Virus record (IMG/VR): IMGVR_UViG_3300045988_122031
Span: 29,757 to 93,756 of that record
Source: a virus
Length of the DNA: 64,000 bases
Reading direction: 5' to 3' (one strand)
The notes beneath the pieces are model-generated. The model was not told the DNA's origin. It saw only the letters and a list, made by a program, of their open reading frames with translations, and did not search any database. Position 1 is the first letter of the stretch; every line of letters starts with the position of its first letter. Positions 46,609 to 57,068 of this stretch are shown piece after piece. The translations under genes and the position numbers were made by a program.

Positions 46609-47073
46609 CTACAATGGTCTAATAATATCAGGATTCATGATCAGAATACTATCACAATCCCAACCGTAAAGCTCATAATATAACTCATAATCACCTTTGG
46701 ATAAATTAAGCTTAATTGCATCAACTCCATCTTCGACCATCTTCTCAAAATCTGGCACAACGCCCATTGTATCAAATAAATATTCTGGGAGATATCCCGA
46801 TAGATCTTGCGTTGGAACCTGCTTTAAATCGGCTTTCGCTGGCCATTCAACAATATTTGCCGAATCATCCAATGTAAATTTAAAGTTTTTGTCTAGTTTA
46901 TCAATTCTAAAATCATTATCAATACACCATTTCTCCCACGGCTGATCCGCCTTTATATCCGATGCCCATAAACCTCCAAATGGTTTGTTAATCATGTTTC
47001 TGTTCACAATTGACATAAACAACTCTTTCTCAAACTTATCACTTCCGTAGTGAATATAAATATTTTCTGACAT
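46609..47073 (-). CDS. Hypothetical protein
   Basis: 154-aa ORF. Confidence 0.5.
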   Translation of the reverse strand: MSENIYIHYGSDKFEKELFMSIVNRNMINKPFGGLWASDIKADQPWEKWCIDNDFRIDKLDKNFKFTLDDSANIVEWPAKADLKQVPTQDLSGYLPEYLFDTMGVVPDFEKMVEDGVDAIKLNLSKGDYELYYELYGWDCDSILIMNPDIIRPL

Positions 47074-47094
47074 TTTTCCATCCTTTCGTCAAAC

Positions 47095-47814
47095 TTATCC
47101 TGTCATCTGCTTCTCAAACAACTGTCTTTCCAACGCACCAAAATCATAATCACGATCACATTCCAAGTGTGCAAGGTTCGTTACCTTTGGCTTTTGTTTA
47201 GCGTTCTTCTTAGCCTGATTTCGTTCCCAGTTTCGTACTGCTGCCTTCCAGTCTTGCATCTTGCTATTGCCCATCATCCAATCTTTGGCTGTGTAATAAT
47301 CCACAAACTCTTCTGGATCAATCCCATTGTTTCTTTGTTGACAATATCTGGAGACTTGCTCGCAATCAGGCGGTGTGAATCGCTTTATATTATTATTATA
47401 TTTATTATTATTCTTTACTTTCTTTTTATGTGTCGCTTCTGCGTCGTTTTGGTGTCGTTTCTGTGTAGCTTGTTCGTCTACAAAACCTTGATAAACACTG
47501 TAATTTACTATGGTTATGACCGTCTTTTTAGTGTCGCTTTTTACATGTATGATACTGTCGTTTTCCAGTGTCTTTAAAAATTTGATAACCTTTGAATTAC
47601 TCCACCCCCATCGATCACACAATCTTCTGATCGAAGTAACCATCGATCCTCGCTCGACTGTTTCTAAGTTTCCATCAACATACTTAGGTTGATTATTATA
47701 ACCTGCGAGAATAAGTAAGTCAATCATTGCTTGTCCTCTGGCAAATGGTTTGTCTTCCCATAGCCAATGATCTGTAATTTTCCGATGGAGTTTGATCCAT
47801 CCTGTGTTACTCAT
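47095..47814 (-). CDS. Phage replisome organizer / DnaD-domain replication initiation protein
   Basis: N-terminal GWIKLHRKITDHWLWEDKPF...MIDLLILAGY (phage replisome-organizer N-domain pattern W.KLHRK). C-terminal DYYTAKDWMMGNSKMQDWKAAVRNWERN (DnaD-like DWKAA..NW). Confidence 0.55.
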   Translation of the reverse strand: MSNTGWIKLHRKITDHWLWEDKPFARGQAMIDLLILAGYNNQPKYVDGNLETVERGSMVTSIRRLCDRWGWSNSKVIKFLKTLENDSIIHVKSDTKKTVITIVNYSVYQGFVDEQATQKRHQNDAEATHKKKVKNNNKYNNNIKRFTPPDCEQVSRYCQQRNNGIDPEEFVDYYTAKDWMMGNSKMQDWKAAVRNWERNQAKKNAKQKPKVTNLAHLECDRDYDFGALERQLFEKQMTG

Positions 47815-47854
47815 GGCATCGCTCCCCTCTATATGTGGAGATAAAATTCTCCTT

Positions 47855-48100
47855 TCACTGTTTTAAATGCTTACCTGTTAATTCATCAATTGCATAATGT
47901 GTCATAAATTCATCATAACTCATTATACGTTTACCACAGTCACAGCATGTCATACATTTATTATATGTACAGCATTCAATAATTTCTTCATCTTGAAAAT
48001 GTCCATCAAAACTATATATATCGGTTCCAGTAGCTTTAAACCTAACAGCCATTCCACGATCACTTCCGCAGTGCGGACATTTTGTTATTAGAGTCTTCAT
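47855..48100 (-). CDS. Small Cys-rich zinc-finger protein
   Basis: CPHCGS...CCTYNKCMTCCDCGK. Confidence 0.45.
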   Translation of the reverse strand: MKTLITKCPHCGSDRGMAVRFKATGTDIYSFDGHFQDEEIIECCTYNKCMTCCDCGKRIMSYDEFMTHYAIDELTGKHLKQ

Positions 48101-48285
48101 TTTGCACCTCTTTCAATTTCATTCTGTTTTATCCAACGATCAGAAATTTCAGATAGTAATGTAACATACATTCTTTGTTCGTGTACAGTTAATTTACCAT
48201 TTTTCATTTTATTTTCAAATTGTTTGTATTCCACAATCAAGTCACTATCTGCCCTTCTTTTATAAATACTTTCCATTCTTATCAT
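48097..48285 (-). CDS. Small hypothetical protein
   Basis: 62-aa ORF. Confidence 0.4.
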   Translation of the reverse strand: MIRMESIYKRRADSDLIVEYKQFENKMKNGKLTVHEQRMYVTLLSEISDRWIKQNEIERGAK

Positions 48286-48438
48286 CTCCTATAATATACA
48301 TTATTTTTCAGACATAGATTCTACCCAGCGATTAGAAATTTCCACTAGCAACCTAGTCAAATGTGCAGGGAACGCTCTTTTATACATTTATGTTGATCCC
48401 AATCCACCATTCGTACCACCACCTATCAAATTTTCGTT

Positions 48439-49167
48439 TTATTCTTCATTAATCTCCATATGATTTACATCAACAGGGTTCTCTAATTTGAGAATATCTT
48501 CTTTCTGTTCTACTAAAGCCTGTTGAGCAATCGCATTAATTTTATTCTGTGCAAAAGCTTCTATTTCGCCTTTAGCTTCTGTAATTGTTTTATCCATTTG
48601 TTCTTGAAACTGATCGAAAATAAATTTTGATTCAGATTCCATTGATTTAGTGATCCTTCCTAATTTTTTAAGAATCATTTCTTTGTCACCCTTACTAATA
48701 GATTTCTTTGTGCTAAAAAGCTCCTTTACTTCATCATAAAATTCCTGTGCGTCGTTCATATGATCATTCATAGAATCTTTAAATTCATTAGTAATCTGCT
48801 GTCTTTTATTAATAAAATCCGCTTCATCAATGTGTCCTTTGCCTTGTATATATTTAATAGTACAAGGTACACCAGCATCTACATTCATTGAGGTAATAAC
48901 TTCTGCAAATTGAGACTGAGACATTGCAACTTCAATAATTTCATGTCCACCAACATACCAGTCTTCATTTAATCCTCTAGTAACTTTTCCTTCTCTTAAT
49001 ACCATGTGGATGGTATCATTATGTTGAATACTACTACCAAACAAATTACTATGCCCACCATGAGTACGCCTAAATGACAACATGCCAAATGATGGGTGTT
49101 TATATGATGTTCCAAGTGCATTTTCTGAGATTTCATAATCTCCTTCTTTTTTGATATTTTCTTCCAT
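48439..49167 (-). CDS. Hypothetical protein
   Basis: 242-aa ORF. Confidence 0.5.
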   Translation of the reverse strand: MEENIKKEGDYEISENALGTSYKHPSFGMLSFRRTHGGHSNLFGSSIQHNDTIHMVLREGKVTRGLNEDWYVGGHEIIEVAMSQSQFAEVITSMNVDAGVPCTIKYIQGKGHIDEADFINKRQQITNEFKDSMNDHMNDAQEFYDEVKELFSTKKSISKGDKEMILKKLGRITKSMESESKFIFDQFQEQMDKTITEAKGEIEAFAQNKINAIAQQALVEQKEDILKLENPVDVNHMEINEE

Positions 49168-49258
49168 TTATTTCCGTTTCCTTCCTATATTTTTATTTGT
49201 ATTTTTAAAGCATACCAAAAATGATATGCTTTAATCTGTTCTATTTTATTAAGTTACT

Positions 49259-50044
49259 CTAAAATTCATCCCATTCTTCATCAATTACTAACCCAAATGC
49301 AGGATGATATTTTGCTTCGCAAACTACATGATTCTTATACATTCTATATCCTTTTTCGAGAACATATTTTACAGGAAATGGACATTCAAACATATCCAAA
49401 TCTCCATCTTTAATTGCTTCGTCTAACTTACATTCTGGAATTGCAAGAATAGAATGTCCACAATCCGCAAAGTAATAATTGAACTCTTTTAATTCCTCTG
49501 GAAGCCCTTCGTAATTATCTTTCTTTACTCCATGAAGATCTGCTACACTTCTACGAATTGTATTTGTTTCTACTTCTTCCTCTGCTGTCTGATCATCTTT
49601 GTCATCAAAAACCGACCATGCTAAGGTTCTGCAAAAATCTCCTGACCAGTTTGAAATTATGGTACAAAATGGCGTTGGAATATCCACAATAAATGGCAAT
49701 TCAGGATGATATTCACCCAAGGATTTTCCAAACAAATCTTTGTAAGCGCACTCTATTGATTTCATTGCAAGGGATAATCCGCTTCTATCTTTGCATCCTA
49801 CTGTTGTCAGCAATACAATATTTTCGCCTTCAGCCTCTAATATAACTTCCGCACAATAGAAAGCTCCATCCGCAGTAATATGCAATTTAGTTCCATCCAT
49901 AAACGGTACTGTGTAATTAGATGATACATTCCTATCAAATTCAATAAGCTCTCTCATTCTAGTTCTTATTTCACTACTGATTTCCTCTGAATAAGATTTT
50001 CTCATATGCCCTGTCAACAGAGTATAATGATTAATATATTCCAT
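49259..50044 (-). CDS. Hypothetical protein
   Basis: 261-aa ORF. Confidence 0.5.
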   Translation of the reverse strand: MEYINHYTLLTGHMRKSYSEEISSEIRTRMRELIEFDRNVSSNYTVPFMDGTKLHITADGAFYCAEVILEAEGENIVLLTTVGCKDRSGLSLAMKSIECAYKDLFGKSLGEYHPELPFIVDIPTPFCTIISNWSGDFCRTLAWSVFDDKDDQTAEEEVETNTIRRSVADLHGVKKDNYEGLPEELKEFNYYFADCGHSILAIPECKLDEAIKDGDLDMFECPFPVKYVLEKGYRMYKNHVVCEAKYHPAFGLVIDEEWDEF

Positions 50045-51033
50045 TACTTGTCCACCTTAACCCTTCTCATTTCTCTGACTTCTTTTTTATACTGTGCGAT
50101 AGCATCAAGTGCATTTTCAGTATAACAAAAATCATACTTTTTCGCAAAGTTATTTACAGACCTGTAATTGGCTATAGGTACTTCCACGCACCCTTTATCC
50201 CGACTATACCGATTATTCATAATTTTCCTTGCAGCATTGTAAATTTCATTACTCCTTGCGCTCCAACGCAACGTTAGAACTTTATCTTCTGAATCGTAAT
50301 TAATCCAACGAGTGTTTTCTTTTTTATAGTTTCCACTGATTGCCATTTCTGTAATTTCGCTATCGTGAATACAAATTGCAAATCCATTCTGTAATAAGCC
50401 ATGCCCAATTTCTGCTACTCTATCAGCATAATTTCCGCTTTTCTCGGTCAAACAACGACACCAACAACAATCATCTTCATTCCATCTATAATCTTTTGAT
50501 TTAACCAAATTGATGAAGTCATGATCTTTCGGGTAAAACAGGCATATTTTATCAAGTTTTTTTACAATTTCCACAACACCTTCATGTTCTAATCTTTCTG
50601 GTGCCACAGCATCAATACTAATGATTCTTTCTCGACGTTCTTTCTCCCTCTTAGTTCGTTTATATTTTCGCAGAAAATCTTGTTTACTAATAAATCGGTC
50701 TAAGTCTAACCAAAAAGAAGCTGTCGTTTCATTCTCAATAATAGATTGTGCCGTTCTGTCGTTTTCAAACTCATTGTAAAAACCCAATCGAATGGTATTA
50801 CCCCATGCTACTTGTTTTTCCGTTCCTGTTAGGTTTGGAAATCCGTATTCTTCTGATAGTTCTTTAGACTTTTTGTTTTCTTCTGCAATTTTTCTTTCTT
50901 TTTCTTCTTTTGCACATTTCGGACATAAATGAGAAAAAGCATAGTCAGCTTTTCTCTGTCTTTCACTCATTTTTCCGATCACATTTACTACGCCATCATG
51001 CCCACAAGCGTAAGTACCTTCATATTTAGCCAT
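50044..51033 (-). CDS. Hypothetical protein with an N-terminal Cys cluster
   Basis: YACGHDGVV...CPKCAKEE. Confidence 0.5.
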   Translation of the reverse strand: MAKYEGTYACGHDGVVNVIGKMSERQRKADYAFSHLCPKCAKEEKERKIAEENKKSKELSEEYGFPNLTGTEKQVAWGNTIRLGFYNEFENDRTAQSIIENETTASFWLDLDRFISKQDFLRKYKRTKREKERRERIISIDAVAPERLEHEGVVEIVKKLDKICLFYPKDHDFINLVKSKDYRWNEDDCCWCRCLTEKSGNYADRVAEIGHGLLQNGFAICIHDSEITEMAISGNYKKENTRWINYDSEDKVLTLRWSARSNEIYNAARKIMNNRYSRDKGCVEVPIANYRSVNNFAKKYDFCYTENALDAIAQYKKEVREMRRVKVDK

Positions 51034-51054
51034 ACTTACCCCCTTTCCTTTCTA

Positions 51055-51558
51055 TCAAAGTTTCATTTTATCTATACGATCGTCACATTCCCATACCGCT
51101 TCATAGCAGACATCTAACATATCTCTTACGATTTGTTTCCTTTGACTTAACTTTGCTTCTGTTTTTTCAATATCCTCTTTATCACGCAATAAATACATAT
51201 ATTTTTGATACGGCATATTTGTATCTGCTAGTTTTTCTTCTATGGCGATTCTTTCATCAATTACTTTTCTTAGTTTATTACATAATTCCTTATTCTTATC
51301 TTTAAGCGCTTTGATAATTGCATATCCATACATTCTTTGATATTTAGACTCAAATTTTCCATCTTTGAATTCATAACGATCCTCAACCTTGCAGGCATCT
51401 AAAATCTTATCTCCGTTTTCTCTGCACTCATTTAACAATTCCATTAAAGCCTCTTCGTTGTCAAATGTCGCATAACCAATTCCATCTTCTTTTGTTTCGT
51501 AAACACACATATATGGTTTTTCTGGTGTATATGCTTTAGATTTTTCCATTTTAATCAC
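51055..51558 (-). CDS. Hypothetical protein
   Basis: 167-aa ORF. Confidence 0.5.
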   Translation of the reverse strand: MIKMEKSKAYTPEKPYMCVYETKEDGIGYATFDNEEALMELLNECRENGDKILDACKVEDRYEFKDGKFESKYQRMYGYAIIKALKDKNKELCNKLRKVIDERIAIEEKLADTNMPYQKYMYLLRDKEDIEKTEAKLSQRKQIVRDMLDVCYEAVWECDDRIDKMKL

Positions 51559-51573
51559 TCCTTTTTAATTACT

Positions 51574-51975
51574 TTATTCTTTACAAGCTACAATGCAAGT
51601 TGGAGCATTATACTTTTCAATACCCACATAAAAATTATCCAATACAGATTCTAATTCCGTATACACTCCATCTCTTCTCATTTCATTTTCTGTCTTTACA
51701 TTAGAGTATACAACAATATAATCAATAGGTTCATACACAACTGTCTCCATGTGTTTAATATACTGTCCAACACTACTTTCTGCAAATTTAATATCGTCTG
51801 TTTCTGCACAAATACAACCATATGGAATCCAACTTTTAGAAACATTCTGTCCTTTATATATAATCATTAAAGCTCGCTTTGATTCACATTCATTCATCAA
51901 CTGCATTAACAGTTTGGATTTTCCGTTCCCTTTTAATGTTAATATATTCATTTTTCCATCACTCCTTCTGATCAA
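51574..51975 (-). CDS. Hypothetical protein
   Basis: 133-aa ORF. Confidence 0.5.
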   Translation of the reverse strand: MIRRSDGKMNILTLKGNGKSKLLMQLMNECESKRALMIIYKGQNVSKSWIPYGCICAETDDIKFAESSVGQYIKHMETVVYEPIDYIVVYSNVKTENEMRRDGVYTELESVLDNFYVGIEKYNAPTCIVACKE

Positions 51976-52222
51976 ATATTTGTTTCATTACTGCATCAGT
52001 TTTAGCCATTGATTCATCAATATCTGTGTCGCACATAAGTTGGAACAAATCTTCATAACATTTTGAGCACAAATAAACTGTATGCGTTACAACATTAAAC
52101 CCTAACTCATGTTCAAATAAAATTCTTTTCATACATCTATCGTCCTCAAAATGCTTTCCACATTCAACACACGAACAAAATTTATCACTTTCTCTAAGTT
52201 CTGCTACATTGTCAATTTTCAT
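51959..52222 (-). CDS. Small Cys-rich protein
   Basis: CSCVECGKHF...CSKCYEDLF. Confidence 0.45.
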   Translation of the reverse strand: MKIDNVAELRESDKFCSCVECGKHFEDDRCMKRILFEHELGFNVVTHTVYLCSKCYEDLFQLMCDTDIDESMAKTDAVMKQIFDQKE

Positions 52223-52239
52223 AATTATACCACACCTCT

Positions 52240-53334
52240 CTATTCTTCTGAAATAATTTCCACCGCAGCTTCATAAAATCTGTTGTATAAAGTTGCATTA
52301 GTTTTAATAAGCTGAGATTTAGGAATGCCATGAGCATACTCATCCCAGTTAACACCATTCTCTGTCATCTTAGTGTAGATTTTCCGATAAACAGACGTTC
52401 CGCCTTTAGATTTATTTCCAATATGATTAGCATAATTAGTAATCTTGATTTTCATTTCTTCCCAATCAGGCTGTGCGTTCTCTTTACGGAACTGTCGCAG
52501 AAGTTTTTCCAGTGAATTGACTAGCAGATCAGGATATTTGTCATAACAAAGATCAATCGTTGGTACATTGCCTCTTTCTCTGATGTTATATTTCTCTTTA
52601 TATTCTTTCCGATCCTGTTCCCACACAATACCATATGTGTTAGTCAAATAATTATAAGCTTCTCTTAAAATATCTCTAGTGGTAGTTCCTAGTTCATCTG
52701 ATTCTTTCAAAATATCTGCGATAATTCCATAGACGTTAGATTTCCATTCATTCATCTTATATTCTGCGATTACAGCTTCTTTATCCATCACTGGAATATC
52801 TTTCGTAGGTTTAGCGATCTGCTTATAAAATTCCTTACGTTCAGCTTTCATTTCTTTAACGATATCTGCCAACTGATTAAATCCTTCTATAGTAATCTTA
52901 TACAGGCGTTCATTGTTTCTTTCCATCTGCTTCATAAGCTCTGTCTGCTCTGTAAGAAACTGCTCTACTGTTGTTACAGGAGTTCCTGTTCTTAATTTTC
53001 CATGACGATAAGCCTGTACAATATCCCATACCCAGTCCATAAAGGTGTTTGCCTTTGGCTGTTTACTCCATCTACAAATTTCCATCACGCCACGTTCATT
53101 ATAAAGTATAGTGTCATATTTTTTGTCGTCAGTAGTCGACAATTTGTCGACCACTGAATGTTTATCCAACCTATCTTTATGTCTTTCGTGTATCCTATAA
53201 ATTGCATCCTTCGGATTATCGTACTCCAGTGCCTCTCCAATCTGCTTTCTTGTCATCCAAATATCATCCTCAGCACTATAAAAATCACACGCTATATCGT
53301 TAAATTTTTCCGTTTTAACTAACTGTAGGTTCAT
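52240..53334 (-). CDS. Bro-N domain protein (antirepressor-like)
   Basis: FNDIACDFYSAEDDIWMTRKQIGEALEYDNPKDAIYRIHERH matches the Bro-N pattern. Confidence 0.6.
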   Translation of the reverse strand: MNLQLVKTEKFNDIACDFYSAEDDIWMTRKQIGEALEYDNPKDAIYRIHERHKDRLDKHSVVDKLSTTDDKKYDTILYNERGVMEICRWSKQPKANTFMDWVWDIVQAYRHGKLRTGTPVTTVEQFLTEQTELMKQMERNNERLYKITIEGFNQLADIVKEMKAERKEFYKQIAKPTKDIPVMDKEAVIAEYKMNEWKSNVYGIIADILKESDELGTTTRDILREAYNYLTNTYGIVWEQDRKEYKEKYNIRERGNVPTIDLCYDKYPDLLVNSLEKLLRQFRKENAQPDWEEMKIKITNYANHIGNKSKGGTSVYRKIYTKMTENGVNWDEYAHGIPKSQLIKTNATLYNRFYEAAVEIISEE

Positions 53335-53560
53335 TCTTTACCTTCCTTTCTAAATTTCCTTATTTTTCTCTACACTCATTATTTTTGTATAGTTATATTC
53401 CGTAAACCAATAGGAATAAAATCAACATTTAATTCCAACTATTAGTGTGCCAATCCTAATAGAAACCTATTCTATTCCTATTAGTTCTCTATATAATCAA
53501 CACCTTACCTATTAACAATTCTATGCTTAGTTAATCATTAATTTGTGTATAATAAATTTG
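53335..53560. repeat. Iteron-like repeat cluster (CCTATT/AATAGG and CTATTAG/CTAATAG units, TTCCGT units): regulatory hub or candidate origin
   Basis: ccAATAGGaat, aaCTATTAGtg, tcCTAATAGaa, aCCTATTctattCCTATTAGtt and taCCTATTAAc, all within about 120 bp. They lie between two transcription modules. Confidence 0.45.
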
Positions 53561-53636
53561 ACAAAGAACCGACCTGCCAAATCGGTTCCTGCCAAATATT
53601 TCCGTAAAATAAAAAGAACCTTCCGTTCGGTTCTTT
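53552..53636 (-). terminator. Tandem Rho-independent terminators ending the upstream minus-strand module
   Basis: On the minus strand AAAGAACC-(8 nt)-GGTTCTTT + UUAUUUU, then GAACCGA-(9 nt)-TCGGTTC + UUUGUCAAAUUUAUU. Confidence 0.6.
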
Positions 53637-53656
53637 GCCAAAATTATTATATGGAA

Positions 53657-53893
53657 TTATTTAATAAATGCCGTTCCTATTTTTATAATAAACCAAGTCC
53701 ATAAAATAATAGTAGTTGGTTTATCAATAACTCCTATTGTATCATCTAGTAAGTCAGTATATTTCTTTAAGTTTGTATTGTAATATTCATCAATTAATTT
53801 CAGAGCTGCATTAACAATAAAAACAATAGTCTCTAATGTAATCATTACTCCTACAAATACATCTGAATACCGAATAATCTGTTCTAATTCCAT
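53657..53893 (-). CDS. Small membrane protein
   Basis: Two hydrophobic segments. Confidence 0.45.
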   Translation of the reverse strand: MELEQIIRYSDVFVGVMITLETIVFIVNAALKLIDEYYNTNLKKYTDLLDDTIGVIDKPTTIILWTWFIIKIGTAFIK

Positions 53894-55248
53894 ACTTCAT
53901 CATCCTCATCTTCATTATCATATAAATTTTCCACAGGTGCCGTCTGTTGGAACATATCTGTTGGAGATAGGTTTCTAGCCTCGCACATTGCACAAAAGAC
54001 TTTCAATACCTTATCCCATTCATGTTCTTGAATCCACTGAAGAAATGGTTTCTTTCCACGTTTCTTAACATCAATCTGATATTTATACTGTAAGTTCTTA
54101 TAAAGCTCATTCCACATAACAGAGAATTGCGTTCCTGTTACCGCAGCCAACTTCCTAATCCCAGCGTTCATCTTATTGCGATCATCCCATGTTAAAATTT
54201 CCGCTGCTAATAACTTGTTATCATTCTGCAACTTCTGATTCTCTTCTTTAAGTTCTTTATTTTGTGTTCGCAGATCGGTTACCATAGCAAGCTTGACATC
54301 CTCAGAAAATGACGGGAAGTAGTGTTCAATGAACTGTGACTCTTTCCCAAAGTCAACTGCACCGCCTGTCTTACGGATGTTTTTAAGATATTCTTTAATC
54401 TGTTTCTTCATCTGCTTTGCAATCGGCTTACGTGATTGCATACACACTTCATAGAGTCCATCTTCTGTGAGAAACCAAAATGGAACTTTAGTTTTTCCAT
54501 CAGTGTCTAATTGACCTAAATTCTGAGTGCCAAGATTGTTGGCAGTCAAAATTTTAGTCTTAAATTTTTCATCTGAATCAACAGATTGTAACATCATGTC
54601 TGTCTTATATTTTCCATTATCTCTCTTACTGTAATCAATCCATTCTGCAACATCTCTCGCAAGGAATAACGGATCTTCAATACTTCTATACAGATCAATT
54701 CGTCTGCCTAAAATTTCCGTTGTGTCAACAAGCTGCACACCTGCCTCTACCTGTTCTTGTTCTCTCTGTTCTTCTATCGTGATATAATCGTTGATAAAAA
54801 CATAATATCTTACGCTCTCAGCAAGGTTTGAAGTTTCCATCAGTAAAGATAATCTGATTAAGCATTTAAGAGTGAACACCTTAGCACCCTTATAACCGAA
54901 TGAGATATTTAATCCGTTCGGATACGTTACCATGATTCTTCCCTTCTGTTTTTCCGTTGTTGCATCCTGACCATCAATAATCTCCTGCACTGTCTTAACT
55001 TCCATCCCATCTTCCAAAAATTCTTTACGATACTTCGTACACAATCGTTTGACTTCCTCAACATCTCCATCAAAAAATCGTGCTACCTGTTCCGTAGTGA
55101 TATAATCTCGTCCAGGGAGCCACGGAATCGGCTTGATCGTAACTTGTTTTAAAAGTTCTGTGTTCTGCACCAGTTCATCTCTCTTTGCCTTATCCAAAAT
55201 TGGATCGCAAGGGATTTCCATTTCGTTTAGATTCATAATTAATTCCAC
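53884..55248 (-). CDS. Antirepressor-like protein (ORF6N/Bro-N-type N-domain plus KilA-C/ANT-like region)
   Basis: FLARDVAEWIDYSK... and PFWFLTEDGLYEVCMQSRKPIAKQMKKQI are typical of phage antirepressor families. Confidence 0.55.
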   Translation of the reverse strand: MELIMNLNEMEIPCDPILDKAKRDELVQNTELLKQVTIKPIPWLPGRDYITTEQVARFFDGDVEEVKRLCTKYRKEFLEDGMEVKTVQEIIDGQDATTEKQKGRIMVTYPNGLNISFGYKGAKVFTLKCLIRLSLLMETSNLAESVRYYVFINDYITIEEQREQEQVEAGVQLVDTTEILGRRIDLYRSIEDPLFLARDVAEWIDYSKRDNGKYKTDMMLQSVDSDEKFKTKILTANNLGTQNLGQLDTDGKTKVPFWFLTEDGLYEVCMQSRKPIAKQMKKQIKEYLKNIRKTGGAVDFGKESQFIEHYFPSFSEDVKLAMVTDLRTQNKELKEENQKLQNDNKLLAAEILTWDDRNKMNAGIRKLAAVTGTQFSVMWNELYKNLQYKYQIDVKKRGKKPFLQWIQEHEWDKVLKVFCAMCEARNLSPTDMFQQTAPVENLYDNEDEDDEVWN

Positions 55249-55332
55249 CTTTCTTATGTAAAAATTTGTATAAAAAAAGACACTCTGGAATTTTCCATAA
55301 GTATCCTAGTTACCTATATTAATTTGTATTCA

Positions 55333-55872
55333 CTATAATTCTAGTTCATCAATTTCTGGCGTATCGGAATGATCCATTTCCCTTAGTTCTTCAATGCTAG
55401 TTCCTAATGACATAATAGCCAATTTGAATTGTTCGGGATCAACATATCCCGCAGGTCTATGCCAAAAATTTTTAGCGAAGTCTGGATTATCTTCTTTTTC
55501 CCATTCATAAGCTCTGTGAAATGCTTCATCATATAGTAGTCTAGCTCGTGTTGGCAGCTTCATCGGATCATATCCTCTACTTTGCTGTCTATAATCTTCT
55601 ATTATGTTATCCCAGCTAAGATCATCAGGAATCTTTTCTATTATGTATACTTCTTGTAAAGCTTCTTCAGGTACATCAGGATAATAAACTAAAGCATATC
55701 TTTCGTTTCCATCCTTAATGTATTTGTATACTTCATGTTCTAGGTCTGGAAGTGCCGTATATTCTAATCCGCTTTCTTTTAGTTCCTTTACCCAATTTCT
55801 TATAGAAGATGCTTGTCTCCACACATCTTTTCCATAATGCTTGAATTTATTCATATTCATAACTCCTTCCAT
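55333..55872 (-). CDS. Hypothetical protein
   Basis: 179-aa ORF. Confidence 0.5.
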   Translation of the reverse strand: MEGVMNMNKFKHYGKDVWRQASSIRNWVKELKESGLEYTALPDLEHEVYKYIKDGNERYALVYYPDVPEEALQEVYIIEKIPDDLSWDNIIEDYRQQSRGYDPMKLPTRARLLYDEAFHRAYEWEKEDNPDFAKNFWHRPAGYVDPEQFKLAIMSLGTSIEELREMDHSDTPEIDELEL

Positions 55873-55901
55873 ATATAATCTGCTTTATCAAATAATATTT
55901 T

Positions 55902-56069
55902 CCATTCTATCTTCCGTTCCAAAGATCGGAAAAAAACTTATAAATCCCATACAGAATAGCAACAAATGCTATAACCATTAAAATTCCATAGCCACCACCT
56001 AAGATAGCTCCTAACATATATTCCAAACTATCCTCTGGAACGATAAATATAATTATTAATAATAAAACC
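55902..56069 (-). CDS. Small membrane protein (55 aa), not in the ORF track
   Basis: Manual translation MPLVLLLIIIFIVPEDSLEYMLGAILGGGYGILMVIAFVAILYGIYKFFSDLWNGR, with a GGAGAA RBS. Confidence 0.35.
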
Positions 56070-56185
56070 AACGGCATAATTTATTCTCCTTTGCTTTGTT
56101 CTTGAAGTTTCTCTGATCATCTGGTATCTCAACCAATATGTATATATTATCATTTTCTTCAACCATCGTAAACAGTCCGTAGAAA

Positions 56186-56392
56186 TTACACTTCACTTTC
56201 CTCTACCTCACTTGCGAATAACTTGTACTCATAGTCGTAACCACCGCCATCACAAGGTATATCAATATCTCCTGTATTAATCTTTTCCGCTACAATATTT
56301 CTTGCTTCGTCCTCTGTTTCTGCTTTGATTTCAACTGATCTCTTATATGTTTCTACAACATCTATTATATATTTTTTCATGTAAATTTCCAT
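56186..56392 (-). CDS. Small hypothetical protein
   Basis: 68-aa ORF. Confidence 0.45.
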   Translation of the reverse strand: MEIYMKKYIIDVVETYKRSVEIKAETEDEARNIVAEKINTGDIDIPCDGGGYDYEYKLFASEVEESEV

Positions 56393-56397
56393 CCTTC

Positions 56398-56751
56398 CTA
56401 TTGTTTTTCTAGTGCTTCAATAAAAGTCTTATACATAAGAATATCTTGCTTAAGACAGTTCTCAAAGACCACTTTGCCTTTTTGATTAAGAAATAAATCA
56501 GAAGAAAGATTTTGTAATCGTATTTCATAATTTTTCTTTCGTCTATTTAATTTTTCCAACAATTCTTCTCGTGTTCCACATTGTCGGATGTCGGGACCTA
56601 AGCTACTATTTAATTCCATATCATTTCCATACCAATAGAAATTTCTTTTTGAGTCTGGGCTGCATACCAATTTACATACTACACCAAGACCATCTGGTTT
56701 GGTCGTTGTTCCATAATTTGATTCTACTAAAACTCTCATGATTATTTCCAT
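56398..56751 (-). CDS. Hypothetical protein
   Basis: 117-aa ORF. Confidence 0.5.
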   Translation of the reverse strand: MEIIMRVLVESNYGTTTKPDGLGVVCKLVCSPDSKRNFYWYGNDMELNSSLGPDIRQCGTREELLEKLNRRKKNYEIRLQNLSSDLFLNQKGKVVFENCLKQDILMYKTFIEALEKQ

Positions 56752-56774
56752 CCTTCCTACGATAAAATTGACAT

Positions 56775-57065
56775 TTAATTTTCATCATCTATAACTTCCA
56801 TACAAACTTCTCGTGCTTTATCCCAAACATTGAGCATAATAGTTGCATCATGTACTGCTGTTGTTAATTCTTTTACCTCTTCTTTCAGTCTTTTATACTG
56901 TTTGAGTGAGATTTCTTGCGTATAGCTTTCTGCCTGAACCAACTTCATATGAACAATTGCTAATGTTTTCGTCAGGCTAGATAAAGTTTGAGAAGCATCT
57001 TCATACTCTTGACATATTGCCACCATCATTTCTGTATCATATTTTTTATCATTCATAATTTCCAT
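56775..57065 (-). CDS. Hypothetical protein
   Basis: 96-aa ORF. Confidence 0.5.
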   Translation of the reverse strand: MEIMNDKKYDTEMMVAICQEYEDASQTLSSLTKTLAIVHMKLVQAESYTQEISLKQYKRLKEEVKELTTAVHDATIMLNVWDKAREVCMEVIDDEN

Positions 57066-57068
57066 CTC

